Below, piece after piece: positions 8,443 through 19,068 of a stretch of 64,000 nucleotides of DNA. The DNA is from Gammaproteobacteria bacterium. GTDB lineage: Bacteria > Pseudomonadota > Gammaproteobacteria > Pseudomonadales > Pseudohongiellaceae. The stretch spans positions 4,964-68,963 of the forward strand of contig JAURWS010000044.1 of the NCBI GenBank assembly GCA_030654835.1, given 5' to 3'. Under the pieces are notes generated by a model. That model did not search any database, was not told the DNA's origin, and saw only the letters and a list, made by a program, of their open reading frames with translations. A program made the position numbers and the translations under genes. Position 1 is the first letter of the stretch. Each line of letters opens with the position of its first letter.

Positions 8443-10617
8443 CTAGAAGGTACCGTTGACCCTCAGTGACATGACGCGACCTCCGCCACCACACTGATCC
8501 TCGTATTCTTCTATGATGCCACTTGTGATAGGACCAAGATAGCGATGTCTCTCGCGGCACTGACGGTTGTCAGTGACGTTGCGGGCATCCAGACGGAAGG
8601 TGATGCCGTTGAAGGCGACCATTTCCACGAAGGCCTGCACGTTGGGGTCACCGGCCGTCAGCTCGATGTCATCGACGTCGTAACGCTTGCGGTTGCCGTC
8701 GAAACGGTTATTCCAGTTGAGCCCATAGTTCAGACGCAAGCTGGGGATGTCGTGACGGAAGCCAAGCATGAGGCGGCCACGATCGAATTGCGAGAAGCGT
8801 CGATCAATCCCGAGGAACGGGTCCTCGATTTTCGAGTCCTGCACGTTGAACTGCGAAGTCAGCAGCAGATTCGGCATGTTGATCATCTTCATGCGGATGC
8901 TGGCGCTCAGGTTCATACCGTACATGATGCCGTCGCCGATATTGCCGTTGGCGGACTGCAGATTGGTTAGCGAAGGCGACACATCGATACGCTCAATCAC
9001 ATCCAGATGCTTCATCCAGTTCACGTCGCCTTCGACCACGCCGATGTCGTCGGGCAGGCGGTATTCGAAGCCCAGTTCAGTCTTCAGCACCTGCTCCTGC
9101 GTCAGGTTGGCATTACCCGCCTGAGTATTGGCGTCGTTGTCCTGATTGTCGCTGGCGGCCACGAAGTCGTTGAAGCTCAGCTGCCGCACCGATTTCTCGG
9201 CATTCCAGGTGAGCTGGAAAGTGGGCGTCACATCGAAACGAAAGTCTACTTTCGGTTTGACGAAGCTGAAGTCACGTTTATTGAAGACGTCACCAGTCTG
9301 GGTAATTTCAGACATTTCGTACAACAGCGTACTTTCCAGCGACATGCGCGAATTGATCTGCCAGTTGTGCACCAGGAACGGTTCGACGCGGACCTCCTCA
9401 ACAACGGAGTTCGCATTCGAGACATTTTGTGGAACCAGACCACCAAAGGCCGCTGACGGCGTTCCCGTGGTGGACGGCGAGCCCAGTCGCAGCCCGGAAT
9501 CCAGCGTAGTCTGAGCGCGCTCGACACCGAACTCGATGTCCTGACCGCTGACCAGCCCCATGGTATAGGAGCTGCGCACGATGCGCTCTTCGGTGACGCT
9601 GCTCGTCTCCAGAAACAGATCTTTGTAATCGGGAGTATTGGCAACCACGTCGAAACGTTCGCGCACCGTCAAATCGTTGTTCTGGTTGGAGATAAAGAGC
9701 ACCTTGAAGCGGTGTCCGTTATCGAAGTTGTATTCGTAGTCGCCGCCGATTTCCCAGTTGTCACGCTCACTCGGGATATCCTCGCGCTCAATGCTCACCT
9801 TGTTGGGACTGACTCGCAGGTTAGTGGTGTAGCGCATGACGTCGGTGGGGCCATCGTTCATGCCGTAGAGGCCATTCAGGCGCACACTGCTCTTCTCATT
9901 GATGTCATAGCCGAGGTTGGTCGTAAGGTTCTGGCTGGTGATATCGCGAATGCGGTCCTCGCGCACCTCATCATTGAAGGACCAGTCGCCCAGACGGCTG
10001 GTCTCTTTGCTGACATAGTGGTCATAACGCGGCTCAGCCTGTGCGCTGAACAGAAAACTCAAGGCGCCATACGAGCCGCTGTACGCCACCGAGCCACCGG
10101 GCTTCACGGTATGGTCGGGATGACGATCGGCATTGACCTGGTAGGAAACGCTGGTGGTATCCAATGCTTCAAGCAGAACGACGTTGATCACCTGGCTGCT
10201 GCCACGCACGTCCAGTTCGCCAGAAGTTCCCCTGATGATCTCGATGTACGCGACCTGCGAGGCGCTGATGCGGGAGAGCTGGCTGCTGGCCTGATTACCC
10301 TTGCCTGCCATGCGCTTGCCGTCGATCAGAATCTGGTCGCCGCCACCGGCACCCAGCCCGCGTCCGCCGCCACCGCCGCCAAATCCTCCACCACCGCCGC
10401 CGGGGCCACCTGGACCTCCGCCACCGCCAGAATTGACGCCGGGAATGCGGCTCAACATGTCCTGTGCTGTGGTAGGGGCCCACTCCTGAAAGTATTCAGC
10501 CGGGTAACGAACAGTAGAGTCGGTGTTTGCATCCTGAGCCAGCGAGGAAGCTGAAAAGCCTGCCAATGCCATCAGGATAGATGCGGATAAGATCGATTTG
10601 CGGACGTTCAATGCCAT
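8443..10617 (-). CDS. TonB-dependent receptor with glycine-rich plug insert
   Basis: MALNVRKSILSASILMALAGFSASSLAQ signal peptide, plug motif ..DQILIDGKR.., a beta-barrel body and a terminal ..LRVNGTF. It is a paralog of 22112-24274. The internal ATG at 10617 was chosen because a signal peptide follows it. Confidence 0.85.
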   Translation of the reverse strand: MALNVRKSILSASILMALAGFSASSLAQDANTDSTVRYPAEYFQEWAPTTAQDMLSRIPGVNSGGGGGPGGPGGGGGGFGGGGGGRGLGAGGGDQILIDGKRMAGKGNQASSQLSRISASQVAYIEIIRGTSGELDVRGSSQVINVVLLEALDTTSVSYQVNADRHPDHTVKPGGSVAYSGSYGALSFLFSAQAEPRYDHYVSKETSRLGDWSFNDEVREDRIRDITSQNLTTNLGYDINEKSSVRLNGLYGMNDGPTDVMRYTTNLRVSPNKVSIEREDIPSERDNWEIGGDYEYNFDNGHRFKVLFISNQNNDLTVRERFDVVANTPDYKDLFLETSSVTEERIVRSSYTMGLVSGQDIEFGVERAQTTLDSGLRLGSPSTTGTPSAAFGGLVPQNVSNANSVVEEVRVEPFLVHNWQINSRMSLESTLLYEMSEITQTGDVFNKRDFSFVKPKVDFRFDVTPTFQLTWNAEKSVRQLSFNDFVAASDNQDNDANTQAGNANLTQEQVLKTELGFEYRLPDDIGVVEGDVNWMKHLDVIERIDVSPSLTNLQSANGNIGDGIMYGMNLSASIRMKMINMPNLLLTSQFNVQDSKIEDPFLGIDRRFSQFDRGRLMLGFRHDIPSLRLNYGLNWNNRFDGNRKRYDVDDIELTAGDPNVQAFVEMVAFNGITFRLDARNVTDNRQCRERHRYLGPITSGIIEEYEDQCGGGGRVMSLRVNGTF

Positions 10618-11037
10618 TGTTCTGGTGCCTGTGCTAAAAAAATAAGTGCGTACGCTATTTAAAAACTCTTTCAAATGCAATTTATTAGCATTTGTGCAAC
10701 ACAAAATGACCTTTTCGCCATACTTTTGACATAAGTTCTGGCATCGGTACTGACAAAAGCGGAACTCATGTGCTGCGAGGGGTGACGATGAGATCTTCGG
10801 GGCGATGCGTCAGAGATGCACCTGCCCCCCCTCTGCGACAGTAATTTGAGGAAGCGCAATAAACTCGTAAATATGAGCGCTTGCTCGAAGTGATTGCTTA
10901 ACAATCCCAGTCGACAGGAGTAGATTCCAAAAAGAGAGACCGGGGAAACTGCCGCTGCTTTCATGTTGGCGGAAATTTCTACCGGTTGTGTCAACGGCTT
11001 CACCCCGTGCTCCGCAATGGACAGGGGGCCTTAATGG

Positions 11038-12594
11038 ATGAAACGAATGACTGATCAGAGTTCTGGAAGTTCAGAATCCCACCCGAAGACAATTGCAGCA
11101 GGCAGCACTTCGCACTCCTTTTACAACTCCAGGTTTTACAACTACAAGGTAGTTCATCAATTCTCCATCATGACCGTGGTCTGGGGCATCGTCGGCATGC
11201 TGGTGGGAGTATTGATCGCCGCACAACTTGCCTGGCCTGCACTCAACTTCAACATTCCCTGGCTCAGCTTCGGACGCCTGCGCCCCTTGCACACCAATGC
11301 CGTAATCTTTGCCTTCGGAGGCAGTGCGCTGATGGCAACCTCGCTGTTCGTCGTGCAGCGCACCTGTCAGGTGCGACTGATCTCGGACAAACTTGCGGCT
11401 TTTGTGTTCTGGGGCTGGCAGACGGTGATCGTCGCCGCAGCAATCACACTGCCGATGGGGCTCACCACGTCCAAGGAATATGCAGAACTGGAATGGCCAA
11501 TCGATATTCTGATCGCCGTGGTATGGATCGCCTACGCAGTGCTTTTCTTCGGCACCATCATGAGACGCAAGGGCCAGCACATCTATGTGGCCAACTGGTT
11601 CTTTGGCGCCTTCATTCTGGCCGTGGCACTGCTGCATATCATCAACAGCCTCGCTCTGCCGGTGACGCTCACCAAGTCCTACTCTGTCTATTCCGGCACG
11701 GTCGATGCGATGGTGCAGTGGTGGTACGGCCACAACGCCGTGGGCTTCTTCCTGACAGCGGGCTTCCTGGGCATGATGTATTACTTCGTGCCCAAGCAGG
11801 CAGACCGCCCCGTGTACTCCTATCGCCTTTCGGTAGTGCATTTCTGGGCGCTGATTGCCATCTACGTGTGGGCGGGTCCGCACCACCTGCACTACACCTC
11901 GCTTCCTGACTGGACTCAGAATCTGGGCATGGTCATGTCGCTGATCCTGCTGGCACCGTCCTGGGGTGGCATGATCAACGGCATCATGACGCTGTCTGGC
12001 GCGTGGGATAAGTTGCGCACCGATCCGATACTGAAATTCCTGGTGGTGTCGCTCTCTTTCTACGGCATGTCGACCTTCGAAGGCCCGATGATGTCGATCA
12101 AATCCGTCAACGCGCTCTCACACTACACCGACTGGACCATAGGCCACGTGCACTCCGGGGCGCTGGGCTGGGTCGCGATGATTTCCATTGGCGCCATCTA
12201 TCACCTGATTCCATTGATGTACAACCGCAAGGCCGGAGACATGTACAGCGTCAAACTGATCGACCTGCACTTCTGGCTCTCCACCATCGGCACGGTGCTG
12301 TACATCGTCTCCATGTGGGTCAACGGACTGATGCAGGGCTTGATGTGGCGTGCGGTCAACAGTGACGGCACTCTCACCTACAGCTTCATCGAGTCGGTCG
12401 AGGCCAGCTATGCGGGCTACGTGGTGCGTTTCATCGGCGGGGCTATCTTCTTCTCTGGCATGCTGGTGATGGCCTGGAATATCTGGAAAACCCGACAACT
12501 AGCACTCTCTGGGGACTATGGCAACCATGACGCCCTCGAAATACAGTCGAGTTCTCATGCGGGCAAAGCCGGATCTGACGAGGTGCTCGCATGA
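11038..12594 (+). CDS. ccoN: cytochrome c oxidase cbb3-type subunit I
   Basis: Polytopic protein with haem-copper oxidase His motifs ([30 protein letters not shown]), followed by ccoO, ccoQ and ccoP. Confidence 0.93.
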   Translation: MKRMTDQSSGSSESHPKTIAAGSTSHSFYNSRFYNYKVVHQFSIMTVVWGIVGMLVGVLIAAQLAWPALNFNIPWLSFGRLRPLHTNAVIFAFGGSALMATSLFVVQRTCQVRLISDKLAAFVFWGWQTVIVAAAITLPMGLTTSKEYAELEWPIDILIAVVWIAYAVLFFGTIMRRKGQHIYVANWFFGAFILAVALLHIINSLALPVTLTKSYSVYSGTVDAMVQWWYGHNAVGFFLTAGFLGMMYYFVPKQADRPVYSYRLSVVHFWALIAIYVWAGPHHLHYTSLPDWTQNLGMVMSLILLAPSWGGMINGIMTLSGAWDKLRTDPILKFLVVSLSFYGMSTFEGPMMSIKSVNALSHYTDWTIGHVHSGALGWVAMISIGAIYHLIPLMYNRKAGDMYSVKLIDLHFWLSTIGTVLYIVSMWVNGLMQGLMWRAVNSDGTLTYSFIESVEASYAGYVVRFIGGAIFFSGMLVMAWNIWKTRQLALSGDYGNHDALEIQSSSHAGKAGSDEVLA

Positions 12595-13196
12595 ACAACT
12601 TCATCGAAAGAAATATCGGCTTGATGATTGTACTGACCATCCTCGCCGTGAGCTTCGGCGGCTTCGTCGAGATCGTGCCGCTGATGGCGCAGCGCACGGT
12701 GACCGAGCCCATCGACGGACTCAAACCGCTGACGCCGCTGCAACTGGAGGGACGCGACATTTACATTCGTGAAGGCTGCACTGTCTGCCACTCGCAGATG
12801 ATCCGTCCGCTGCGTGCCGAGGTGGAGCGCTATGGCCACTACTCAGTGGCAGGCGAACTGGTTTACGACCATCCGTTCGTGTTCGGCTCCAAGCGCACCG
12901 GCCCCGATCTCGCCCGCGTGGGCGGACTATACAGTGACGACTGGCACCGTGCGCACCTGTTCGACCCGCGCTCCGTCGTACCCGGTTCCAACATGCCCAC
13001 CTACGCATGGCTGTTCGAGCGGCCTATCAAACTGGAAAACCTGCCGAAGAAACTGGTGGCACTGCAGACGCTCGGCGTGCCCTACACCGACGAGGATATC
13101 GCCAACGCCACCACCGGGCTGGAAAACAGTACCGAGGCCGACGCCGTCATTGCCTACCTGCAACAGCTTGGCACGCTCATTACCGAGAGACGCTGA
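12591..13196 (+). CDS. ccoO: cytochrome c oxidase cbb3-type subunit II (monohaem)
   Basis: TM anchor plus the [11 protein letters not shown] haem-c motif. The start overlaps the ccoN stop. Confidence 0.93.
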   Translation: MNNFIERNIGLMIVLTILAVSFGGFVEIVPLMAQRTVTEPIDGLKPLTPLQLEGRDIYIREGCTVCHSQMIRPLRAEVERYGHYSVAGELVYDHPFVFGSKRTGPDLARVGGLYSDDWHRAHLFDPRSVVPGSNMPTYAWLFERPIKLENLPKKLVALQTLGVPYTDEDIANATTGLENSTEADAVIAYLQQLGTLITERR

Positions 13197-13215
13197 GCCT
13201 GGAGAGTCACCTGAC

Positions 13216-13401
13216 ATGAACCTGGATATCACTGATTTCCGCAGTATCGCGACCGTGCTGTGCTTCGTCGCCTTCCTGGGCGTCACCTGGTGGGCCTATG
13301 CCCCCGGTCGTCGCCAGCAATTCGACGAAGCAGCCCGCCTGCCCTTTGCAGACGGGTCTGCAAACGAGAATGACCCGAAGGAGAACGCCCATCATGAATA
13401 G
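13216..13401 (+). CDS. ccoQ: cbb3 oxidase subunit IV
   Basis: 61-aa single-TM peptide, MNLDITDFRSIATVLCFVAFLGVTWWAYAPGRR.., lying between ccoO and ccoP. Confidence 0.8.
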   Translation: MNLDITDFRSIATVLCFVAFLGVTWWAYAPGRRQQFDEAARLPFADGSANENDPKENAHHE

Positions 13402-14323
13402 CGCCATCCTCAGTTCCGGCTGGAGCTGGTTTGTGATCATCGGCACCTTCGGCTCGCTGCTGTTTTATTTCCTGCTCCTCTTCCTGAACCGCAAGACCTC
13501 CAATCCGGGCAAGACCACCGGACATGAGTACGACGGCATCGAGGAGTATGACAATCCGCTGCCCGCGTGGTGGTTCTGGGGCTTCCTCATCAGCATCCTG
13601 TTTGCGATCGGCTATCTGATCTACTACCCAGGGCTCGGCAACTTTGCGGGGATCGGGGGCTGGAGCCAAGTCGGTGCACTGGAAGAATCGCAGGAGGCGG
13701 CCGATGCCCGCTACGGGCCGCTGTTCGCCCAGTATGGAGCGGTCCCGATCGACGAGTTGGTTGAAGACGAGACGGCCATGCGCATGGGGCGCCGCCTGTT
13801 CGCCACCAACTGCGCCGTCTGCCACGGTGCCGCTGGCACCGGCAGCGAGGGCTTCCCGAATCTTGCCGACGAGCAGTGGCACTGGGGCGGCGGCGCGGAC
13901 CAGATCAAGACCACCATCGCCAATGGCCGCAACGCCATGATGCCTGCATGGGAAATCCCGCTGCAGGAGGCCGGGGTTAAGGAAGTGACCGAATATGTCC
14001 TGCAACTGGCAGGACGCGAGGTGGATGCCACGTTGGCAACAGCAGGACAGGCGCGTTACGCCATGTTCTGTGCTGCCTGCCACGGACCGGATGGAGGCGG
14101 TCAGCCGATGCTGGGAGCGCCATCACTGAACGACGAGGTGTGGCTCTACGGCAATTCGCGGCTGCGCATCGAAGAGTCGATACGTCACGGCCGTAATGGC
14201 CAGATGCCCACCTTCACCGAACGGCTGGGTGTCGACAAAGTGCACATCCTCAGCGCCTACGTGATGAGTCTGCGACAGGATGACGATGAAGACGAGGATG
14301 AGCCGGACGAGACCGAACAGTGA
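13394..14323 (+). CDS. ccoP: cytochrome c oxidase cbb3-type subunit III (dihaem)
   Basis: TM anchor plus two CxxCH motifs (CAVCHG, CAACHG). It has an unusual acidic C-terminal tail. The start at MNSAILSS overlaps the ccoQ stop. Confidence 0.9.
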   Translation: MNSAILSSGWSWFVIIGTFGSLLFYFLLLFLNRKTSNPGKTTGHEYDGIEEYDNPLPAWWFWGFLISILFAIGYLIYYPGLGNFAGIGGWSQVGALEESQEAADARYGPLFAQYGAVPIDELVEDETAMRMGRRLFATNCAVCHGAAGTGSEGFPNLADEQWHWGGGADQIKTTIANGRNAMMPAWEIPLQEAGVKEVTEYVLQLAGREVDATLATAGQARYAMFCAACHGPDGGGQPMLGAPSLNDEVWLYGNSRLRIEESIRHGRNGQMPTFTERLGVDKVHILSAYVMSLRQDDDEDEDEPDETEQ

Positions 14324-14330
14324 TACCAGC

Positions 14331-15791
14331 ATGAACAGAATTCCTTCTCAGGAGATTATTCCCGAAGACGTCGATTCCCGCGTTTTCAATCTCTATGAGA
14401 GGAAGGAAAAGATCTACATCCGCAAAATGGAAGGTCTGTTCCAGACCGTGCGGCAGTACACAGGCTGGCCTCTTTTACTCGGCTATTTCCTCGTCCCATG
14501 GCTGCATGTCGACGGCCATCAGGCCATTCTCTTTGACCTTCCGGAGCGCAAGTTCCACATCTTCTGGCTGACATTGTGGCCACAGGATTTCGTGCTGCTG
14601 ATGTGGGTGCTGGCCATCGCCGCCTTCGCGCTGTTCTTCGTCACCACACTGTGGGGGCGCGTGTGGTGCGGCTATACCTGCCCGCAGACCATCTGGACGG
14701 CGATCTTCATGTGGGCCGAGCAGATCACCGAGGGCGAGCGTCACCAGCGCATCAATCTCGACAAGACCCCGTCAATCTTTCATCGCGACGGCCGCAACCG
14801 GGCCGGGTGGAACAAGTTCTGGAGGCGCGGCCTCAAACACGGCATGTGGATGGGCTTCGCCCTGCTGACCGGCGTCACCTTCATCGGCTATTTCTATGGC
14901 ATGCGCGAATTGGTTGGAGAAGCGCTGAGCTGGCAGCTGCCGCTCACAGCAGCCTCGTGGAGCGTCTTCTTCACCCTCGCCACCTACATCAACGCCGGAT
15001 GGCTGCGCGAACACGTCTGCATCTACATGTGTCCATATGCACGCTTCCAGTCCGCGATGTTCGATCGTGACACGCTGATCATCTCCTACGATGAGAAACG
15101 CGGGGAAACGCGGGGCGCCCGCAAACGCAACGTCGACTACAAGGGGCTGGGGCTGGGCGACTGCATCGACTGCACACTGTGCGTACAAGTCTGCCCGACC
15201 GGCATCGATATCCGCGCTGGCCTGCAGTACGAATGCATTGGCTGCGCACACTGCATCGACGCCTGCGACTCCATCATGGAAAAGATGGGCTATGCCAAAG
15301 GGCTGATCTCCTATACGACCGAGAACAAACTCGCCGGTGGCAAATGGACGTGGAAGCGGCCCAAGCTGATCGGCTATGGCGTGGCGCTGCTGGTCATGCT
15401 GCTGTTGTTCGCTATCGTATTGCTGACCCGCACGCCGCTGCGCCTGGATGTGTTGCGGGATCGCGGCCAGCTCTTTCAGCAGGTGGAAGGCGGGCGCATC
15501 GAGAACGTTTACACGCTGAAGATCATCAACATGGATCGCGTGGACCACGAGTACCAGCTGAGCGTAAATGGCCTTCCCGATGCCACACTGGTTCCCAACA
15601 CGCCGATCCGCGTGGTAGCCGGTGACATCAACGATGCCTTGGTGCGGGTGCGGGTCGACCCGGACCAGCTGGAGGATTTCGTGACCACTTTCGAATTCGA
15701 GATCGAGGCACTGACGGACGAACAGGATGGCAGCACACTGCGCGCCCGTGCCGAGAGCCGCTACATCGGCCCGCGCCCGTTACCGAACTGA
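14331..15791 (+). CDS. ccoG: cbb3 oxidase accessory 4Fe-4S protein
   Basis: Ferredoxin-type cysteine clusters CIDCTLCVQVCP and CIGCAHCIDAC plus TM segments. Canonical position after ccoP. Confidence 0.9.
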   Translation: MNRIPSQEIIPEDVDSRVFNLYERKEKIYIRKMEGLFQTVRQYTGWPLLLGYFLVPWLHVDGHQAILFDLPERKFHIFWLTLWPQDFVLLMWVLAIAAFALFFVTTLWGRVWCGYTCPQTIWTAIFMWAEQITEGERHQRINLDKTPSIFHRDGRNRAGWNKFWRRGLKHGMWMGFALLTGVTFIGYFYGMRELVGEALSWQLPLTAASWSVFFTLATYINAGWLREHVCIYMCPYARFQSAMFDRDTLIISYDEKRGETRGARKRNVDYKGLGLGDCIDCTLCVQVCPTGIDIRAGLQYECIGCAHCIDACDSIMEKMGYAKGLISYTTENKLAGGKWTWKRPKLIGYGVALLVMLLLFAIVLLTRTPLRLDVLRDRGQLFQQVEGGRIENVYTLKIINMDRVDHEYQLSVNGLPDATLVPNTPIRVVAGDINDALVRVRVDPDQLEDFVTTFEFEIEALTDEQDGSTLRARAESRYIGPRPLPN

Positions 15792-15835
15792 GGCAAGAAC
15801 CAGGAACCATTTTCAGGAACAAGCGGATACGCCCT

Positions 15836-16354
15836 ATGTCACAGACCACAGCCACCGACCCCAGGCCACACTGGTACCAGCACCGCTGGCCCTGGGTCCT
15901 GATGAGCATCCCCTTTGCGGCGGTGCTGTTCGGCATATTCATGGTCGTGACCGCCCTGCGCTATCCGGACGATGTCGTTGCCGACACCTATTATCGCGAC
16001 GGGCAGGGCATCAATCAGTTGCGCGCACTCGACGAGATGGCGCACACCCTCGGCTTGAGTGCCAGCCTGATCAGCTCGGCGGAGGACGGGCGCAGCCAGT
16101 TGCTGCTCGGCGGCGGCGAAGAAGCGGTGCTGCAGCTGTTCCTCTATCACGTCACCGACAGCAGCGCCGACCGTCGCTACCTCTTCTCGCCAAGGGCGCA
16201 GGGTGTCTATGAGGGTATCTACGAGAGCGACGACGGCACGCTGCCCGCCCTGCTGGCGCAACGTGGCGTCTGGTATCTGGAGCTGCGCGGCGAGCAGGAC
16301 AACTGGCGTCTGCGCAAGCGCGTGGAAACCCCCTTCACGAGGCTGGAGTTCTGA
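15836..16354 (+). CDS. ccoH: FixH/CcoH-family assembly protein
   Basis: 172 aa with one N-terminal TM helix (WPWVLMSIPFAAVLFGIFMVV), lying between ccoG and ccoI. Confidence 0.75.
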   Translation: MSQTTATDPRPHWYQHRWPWVLMSIPFAAVLFGIFMVVTALRYPDDVVADTYYRDGQGINQLRALDEMAHTLGLSASLISSAEDGRSQLLLGGGEEAVLQLFLYHVTDSSADRRYLFSPRAQGVYEGIYESDDGTLPALLAQRGVWYLELRGEQDNWRLRKRVETPFTRLEF

Positions 16355-18816
16355 TGCTGGACAAAGTCAAACACTGCTTCTGCTACCACTGCCGCGCGCT
16401 GATGCCGACAGCCACCGCCCTGACGCTTGAGGTGGACGGGCATACTCGCCTGTTGTGCTGCTCGGGCTGCATGGCCGCCGTGCAATTCATCAACGCGTTG
16501 GACCTGCAGTCCTACTACGATTTTCGTGACAAATGCGCGCCCGTCGCCGGACTGACGGCGCACGCCGCTGGCGCCGGACAGACACTTCCGGAGTTGGCCT
16601 TCGCCGATGCCATCGAGGAGTTAGCGGACGGACGCCGGGCATTGCGCCTGCTGATTCCAGACCTGCGCTGCGCCGCCTGTGTCTGGCTGCTGGAACAGGT
16701 GTTGGGCCGCCAGCGTGGCGTCGAGCAGGTGCAGGTCAGCTTCGCCTCGCGGCGCCTGCGGGTTGAGTTCAACCCGGCCGAAGGCACGTCCGTGCCCGCG
16801 ATCGCACATCTAGTGCAACGCCTTGGCTATCAGCCCGAGCCGGATCTGCCCGATGCAGGCAGGCAGAGTTTCGCCAGCCATCAGCGCAACATGCTGATCC
16901 GTCTGGGCGTGGCTGGCATCGGCATGATGCCAGTGATGATGTTCGCGCTCCCGGCGTACCTGGCAGGTGGCGCAGCCGAGGTTGCATCAGCAAGTAACGC
17001 AGCGGCGATGGACCCCCTTAGCGCGGCGCTGTTGCGCTGGGCCAGCCTCGCCCTCAGCACCCCCGTAGTGCTCTACAGCGCCTTTCCATTCCACCGGGGC
17101 GCCTGGTACGCGCTGCGTCATCGCAGCCTGAGCACGGACTTGCCGGTGTCTATTGCCATTCTGGCAGCCTTCCTGCTGAGCGTGGTCAACACTTTGAATC
17201 AGGTGAGCGAGGTATACTTCGACACGGCCTGCATGTTCACGTTTTTCCTGTTGCTGGGTCGCTATGCTGAATTGCAGTCCCGGCGCCACTTCCAAGAGAG
17301 TCAGGATCTCATGTCGAAGCTGCTGCCGCTGACCGTGCGACGGGTGAACAGCAGCAACGAGGAAACCGTCCCGCTGCGGGACGTCGACGTCGGCGACCTG
17401 CTGCGCGTGCTTCCCGGAGAGACGATTCCTGCCGATGGCGTCGTCGTGAGTGGCCGCAGCAGCGTCAGCGACAGCGCCTTTACCGGCGAGCCGCTGCCCA
17501 GCGTCCGGCAGCCCGGCGCACGGGTGCTGGCGGGCGCCACCAATCACGACGGCGAACTCGTGATCCGCGCCCGCACGCAACCGCAGGACTTTGTGCTGGC
17601 ACAGATCAACCGCCTGTTCGAGCAGGCCTCCCAATACCGTCCACACTGGTCCCGCCTCGCGGACCGGGCAGCGTCCTGGTTCATCGGTGCCGTGCTTGTA
17701 CTCGCAGCTGCGGCCGGCATTTTCTGGGAACTGCGCGGTGCGGACAACGCGCTGATCATCGCCCTGACCGTGCTGGTGGTGGCTTGCCCTTGTGCGCTGT
17801 CGCTGGCGACCCCAGTCGCCAGCACCGTTGCCACCACCACACTGCGTCGACGTGGTGTGGTCATTCGCAACGGAGCCTTCCTTGAGCGGGCGGCGGCGAC
17901 CACCGCCGTGGTCTTTGACAAGACCGGCACGCTCACCGAGGCCCAGCTCCACATCGACAGGATCGTGCCGCTGCATACGCTGGACACGCAGGCCTGCCTC
18001 GCCATCGCGACCGCGCTGGAGCGCCACAGTCATCACCCGATCGCCCGCGCCTTTGCCTGTGACACGGCGCTGACTGCCAGTGCCGTAGTGACGGTGCCAG
18101 GCCAAGGCGTCGAGGGCGAGATAGCAGGCGTTCACTACCGCCTCGGCATAGTCGGCTTCGCATGGCCAAATATCGGCAGCCGCAGCACCACTCTCTCACC
18201 GCCCGAGCAGGATGATGGCCTGTGGGTACTCCTGGCCGCCGAGACACCACTGGCTTGGTTCCGGCTGCAGGATGTCCTGCGCGACGACGCCGCGCAAACC
18301 GTAGACGCCCTGCGGAAACAAGGCATCACCACGGCCATTTTCAGCGGCGACTCGTCAGTGGCGGGTCGACACCTGGCCGAGACACTGCGTGTGGACCAGT
18401 TGCGCACCGGCCTGACTCCTGAACAGAAGATTGCCGCCGTGCGGGCGCTGAACGCCGGGACACCTGTCGGCGGACAGCGGGTCATGATGATCGGGGACGG
18501 TGTCAATGACGCGGGGGCCATGGCGGCCGCAGACACCTCCATCGCCATCTCCCCGCGCGACGTGCTGGTGCAGAACAGTGCCGATGCGACCTTGCTCAAC
18601 CCGAACCTCACCCTGGTGCCGGACGTTCTGCGCTTCGCCAGACGCACGCGCCGCATCATCCGCCAGAACATCGGCTGGTCGCTGGCCTACAATCTGAGCG
18701 TGATTCCCGTGGCGCTGCTCGGCCTGCTGCCTCCGTGGCTCGCCGCGCTCGGCATGAGCCTGTCATCGCTGCTGGTGGTCATGAACGCCTGGCGTCTGCG
18801 TCGGATGGAGGACTGA
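16354..18816 (+). CDS. ccoI: copper-translocating P-type ATPase (FixI/CcoI)
   Basis: CPC TM motif, DKTGTLT phosphorylation site and GDGVNDA hinge. 820 aa. Confidence 0.92.
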   Translation: MLDKVKHCFCYHCRALMPTATALTLEVDGHTRLLCCSGCMAAVQFINALDLQSYYDFRDKCAPVAGLTAHAAGAGQTLPELAFADAIEELADGRRALRLLIPDLRCAACVWLLEQVLGRQRGVEQVQVSFASRRLRVEFNPAEGTSVPAIAHLVQRLGYQPEPDLPDAGRQSFASHQRNMLIRLGVAGIGMMPVMMFALPAYLAGGAAEVASASNAAAMDPLSAALLRWASLALSTPVVLYSAFPFHRGAWYALRHRSLSTDLPVSIAILAAFLLSVVNTLNQVSEVYFDTACMFTFFLLLGRYAELQSRRHFQESQDLMSKLLPLTVRRVNSSNEETVPLRDVDVGDLLRVLPGETIPADGVVVSGRSSVSDSAFTGEPLPSVRQPGARVLAGATNHDGELVIRARTQPQDFVLAQINRLFEQASQYRPHWSRLADRAASWFIGAVLVLAAAAGIFWELRGADNALIIALTVLVVACPCALSLATPVASTVATTTLRRRGVVIRNGAFLERAAATTAVVFDKTGTLTEAQLHIDRIVPLHTLDTQACLAIATALERHSHHPIARAFACDTALTASAVVTVPGQGVEGEIAGVHYRLGIVGFAWPNIGSRSTTLSPPEQDDGLWVLLAAETPLAWFRLQDVLRDDAAQTVDALRKQGITTAIFSGDSSVAGRHLAETLRVDQLRTGLTPEQKIAAVRALNAGTPVGGQRVMMIGDGVNDAGAMAAADTSIAISPRDVLVQNSADATLLNPNLTLVPDVLRFARRTRRIIRQNIGWSLAYNLSVIPVALLGLLPPWLAALGMSLSSLLVVMNAWRLRRMED

Positions 18817-18819
18817 GCC

Positions 18820-19068
18820 ATGGAGACCTTCCTCATATTGATCCCCGTCACCCTCGCGCTGGTCGCGCTGTCACTGTGGGCCTTCGTGTGGTCCGCCCGC
18901 AACGGACAGTTTGAAGATATTGATCGGCAGGCCTGGTCCATCCTATTCGACAATACCGAGGAGGAGCAAAAACAGGAGTTGCAAAAGGAGAGGCATGAGG
19001 AAGCGCGCCAAGACATTGAAGCAGGGGCGCCACTGGATGAGGCCGAGCGCGACGGCGGGATGCACTGA
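18820..19068 (+). CDS. ccoS: cbb3 oxidase maturation protein
   Basis: 82-aa protein, METFLILIPVTLALVALSLWAFVWSARNGQFED.., typical of FixS/CcoS. Confidence 0.85.
   Translation: METFLILIPVTLALVALSLWAFVWSARNGQFEDIDRQAWSILFDNTEEEQKQELQKERHEEARQDIEAGAPLDEAERDGGMH

Noticed and set aside
10846-10859. Possible Anr/FNR box (TTGAGgaagCGCAA) upstream of ccoN
   Set aside because: Only 7 of 10 positions match TTGAT-N4-ATCAA, and the site sits about 190 nt from the start codon. This is not convincing without transcription start data.
16987-18135. 382-aa minus-strand ORF
   Set aside because: It is antisense to ccoI, whose frame carries the CPC, DKTGTLT and GDGVNDA motifs. It is Arg/Gly/Ala/Gln/His-rich with no recognisable domain.
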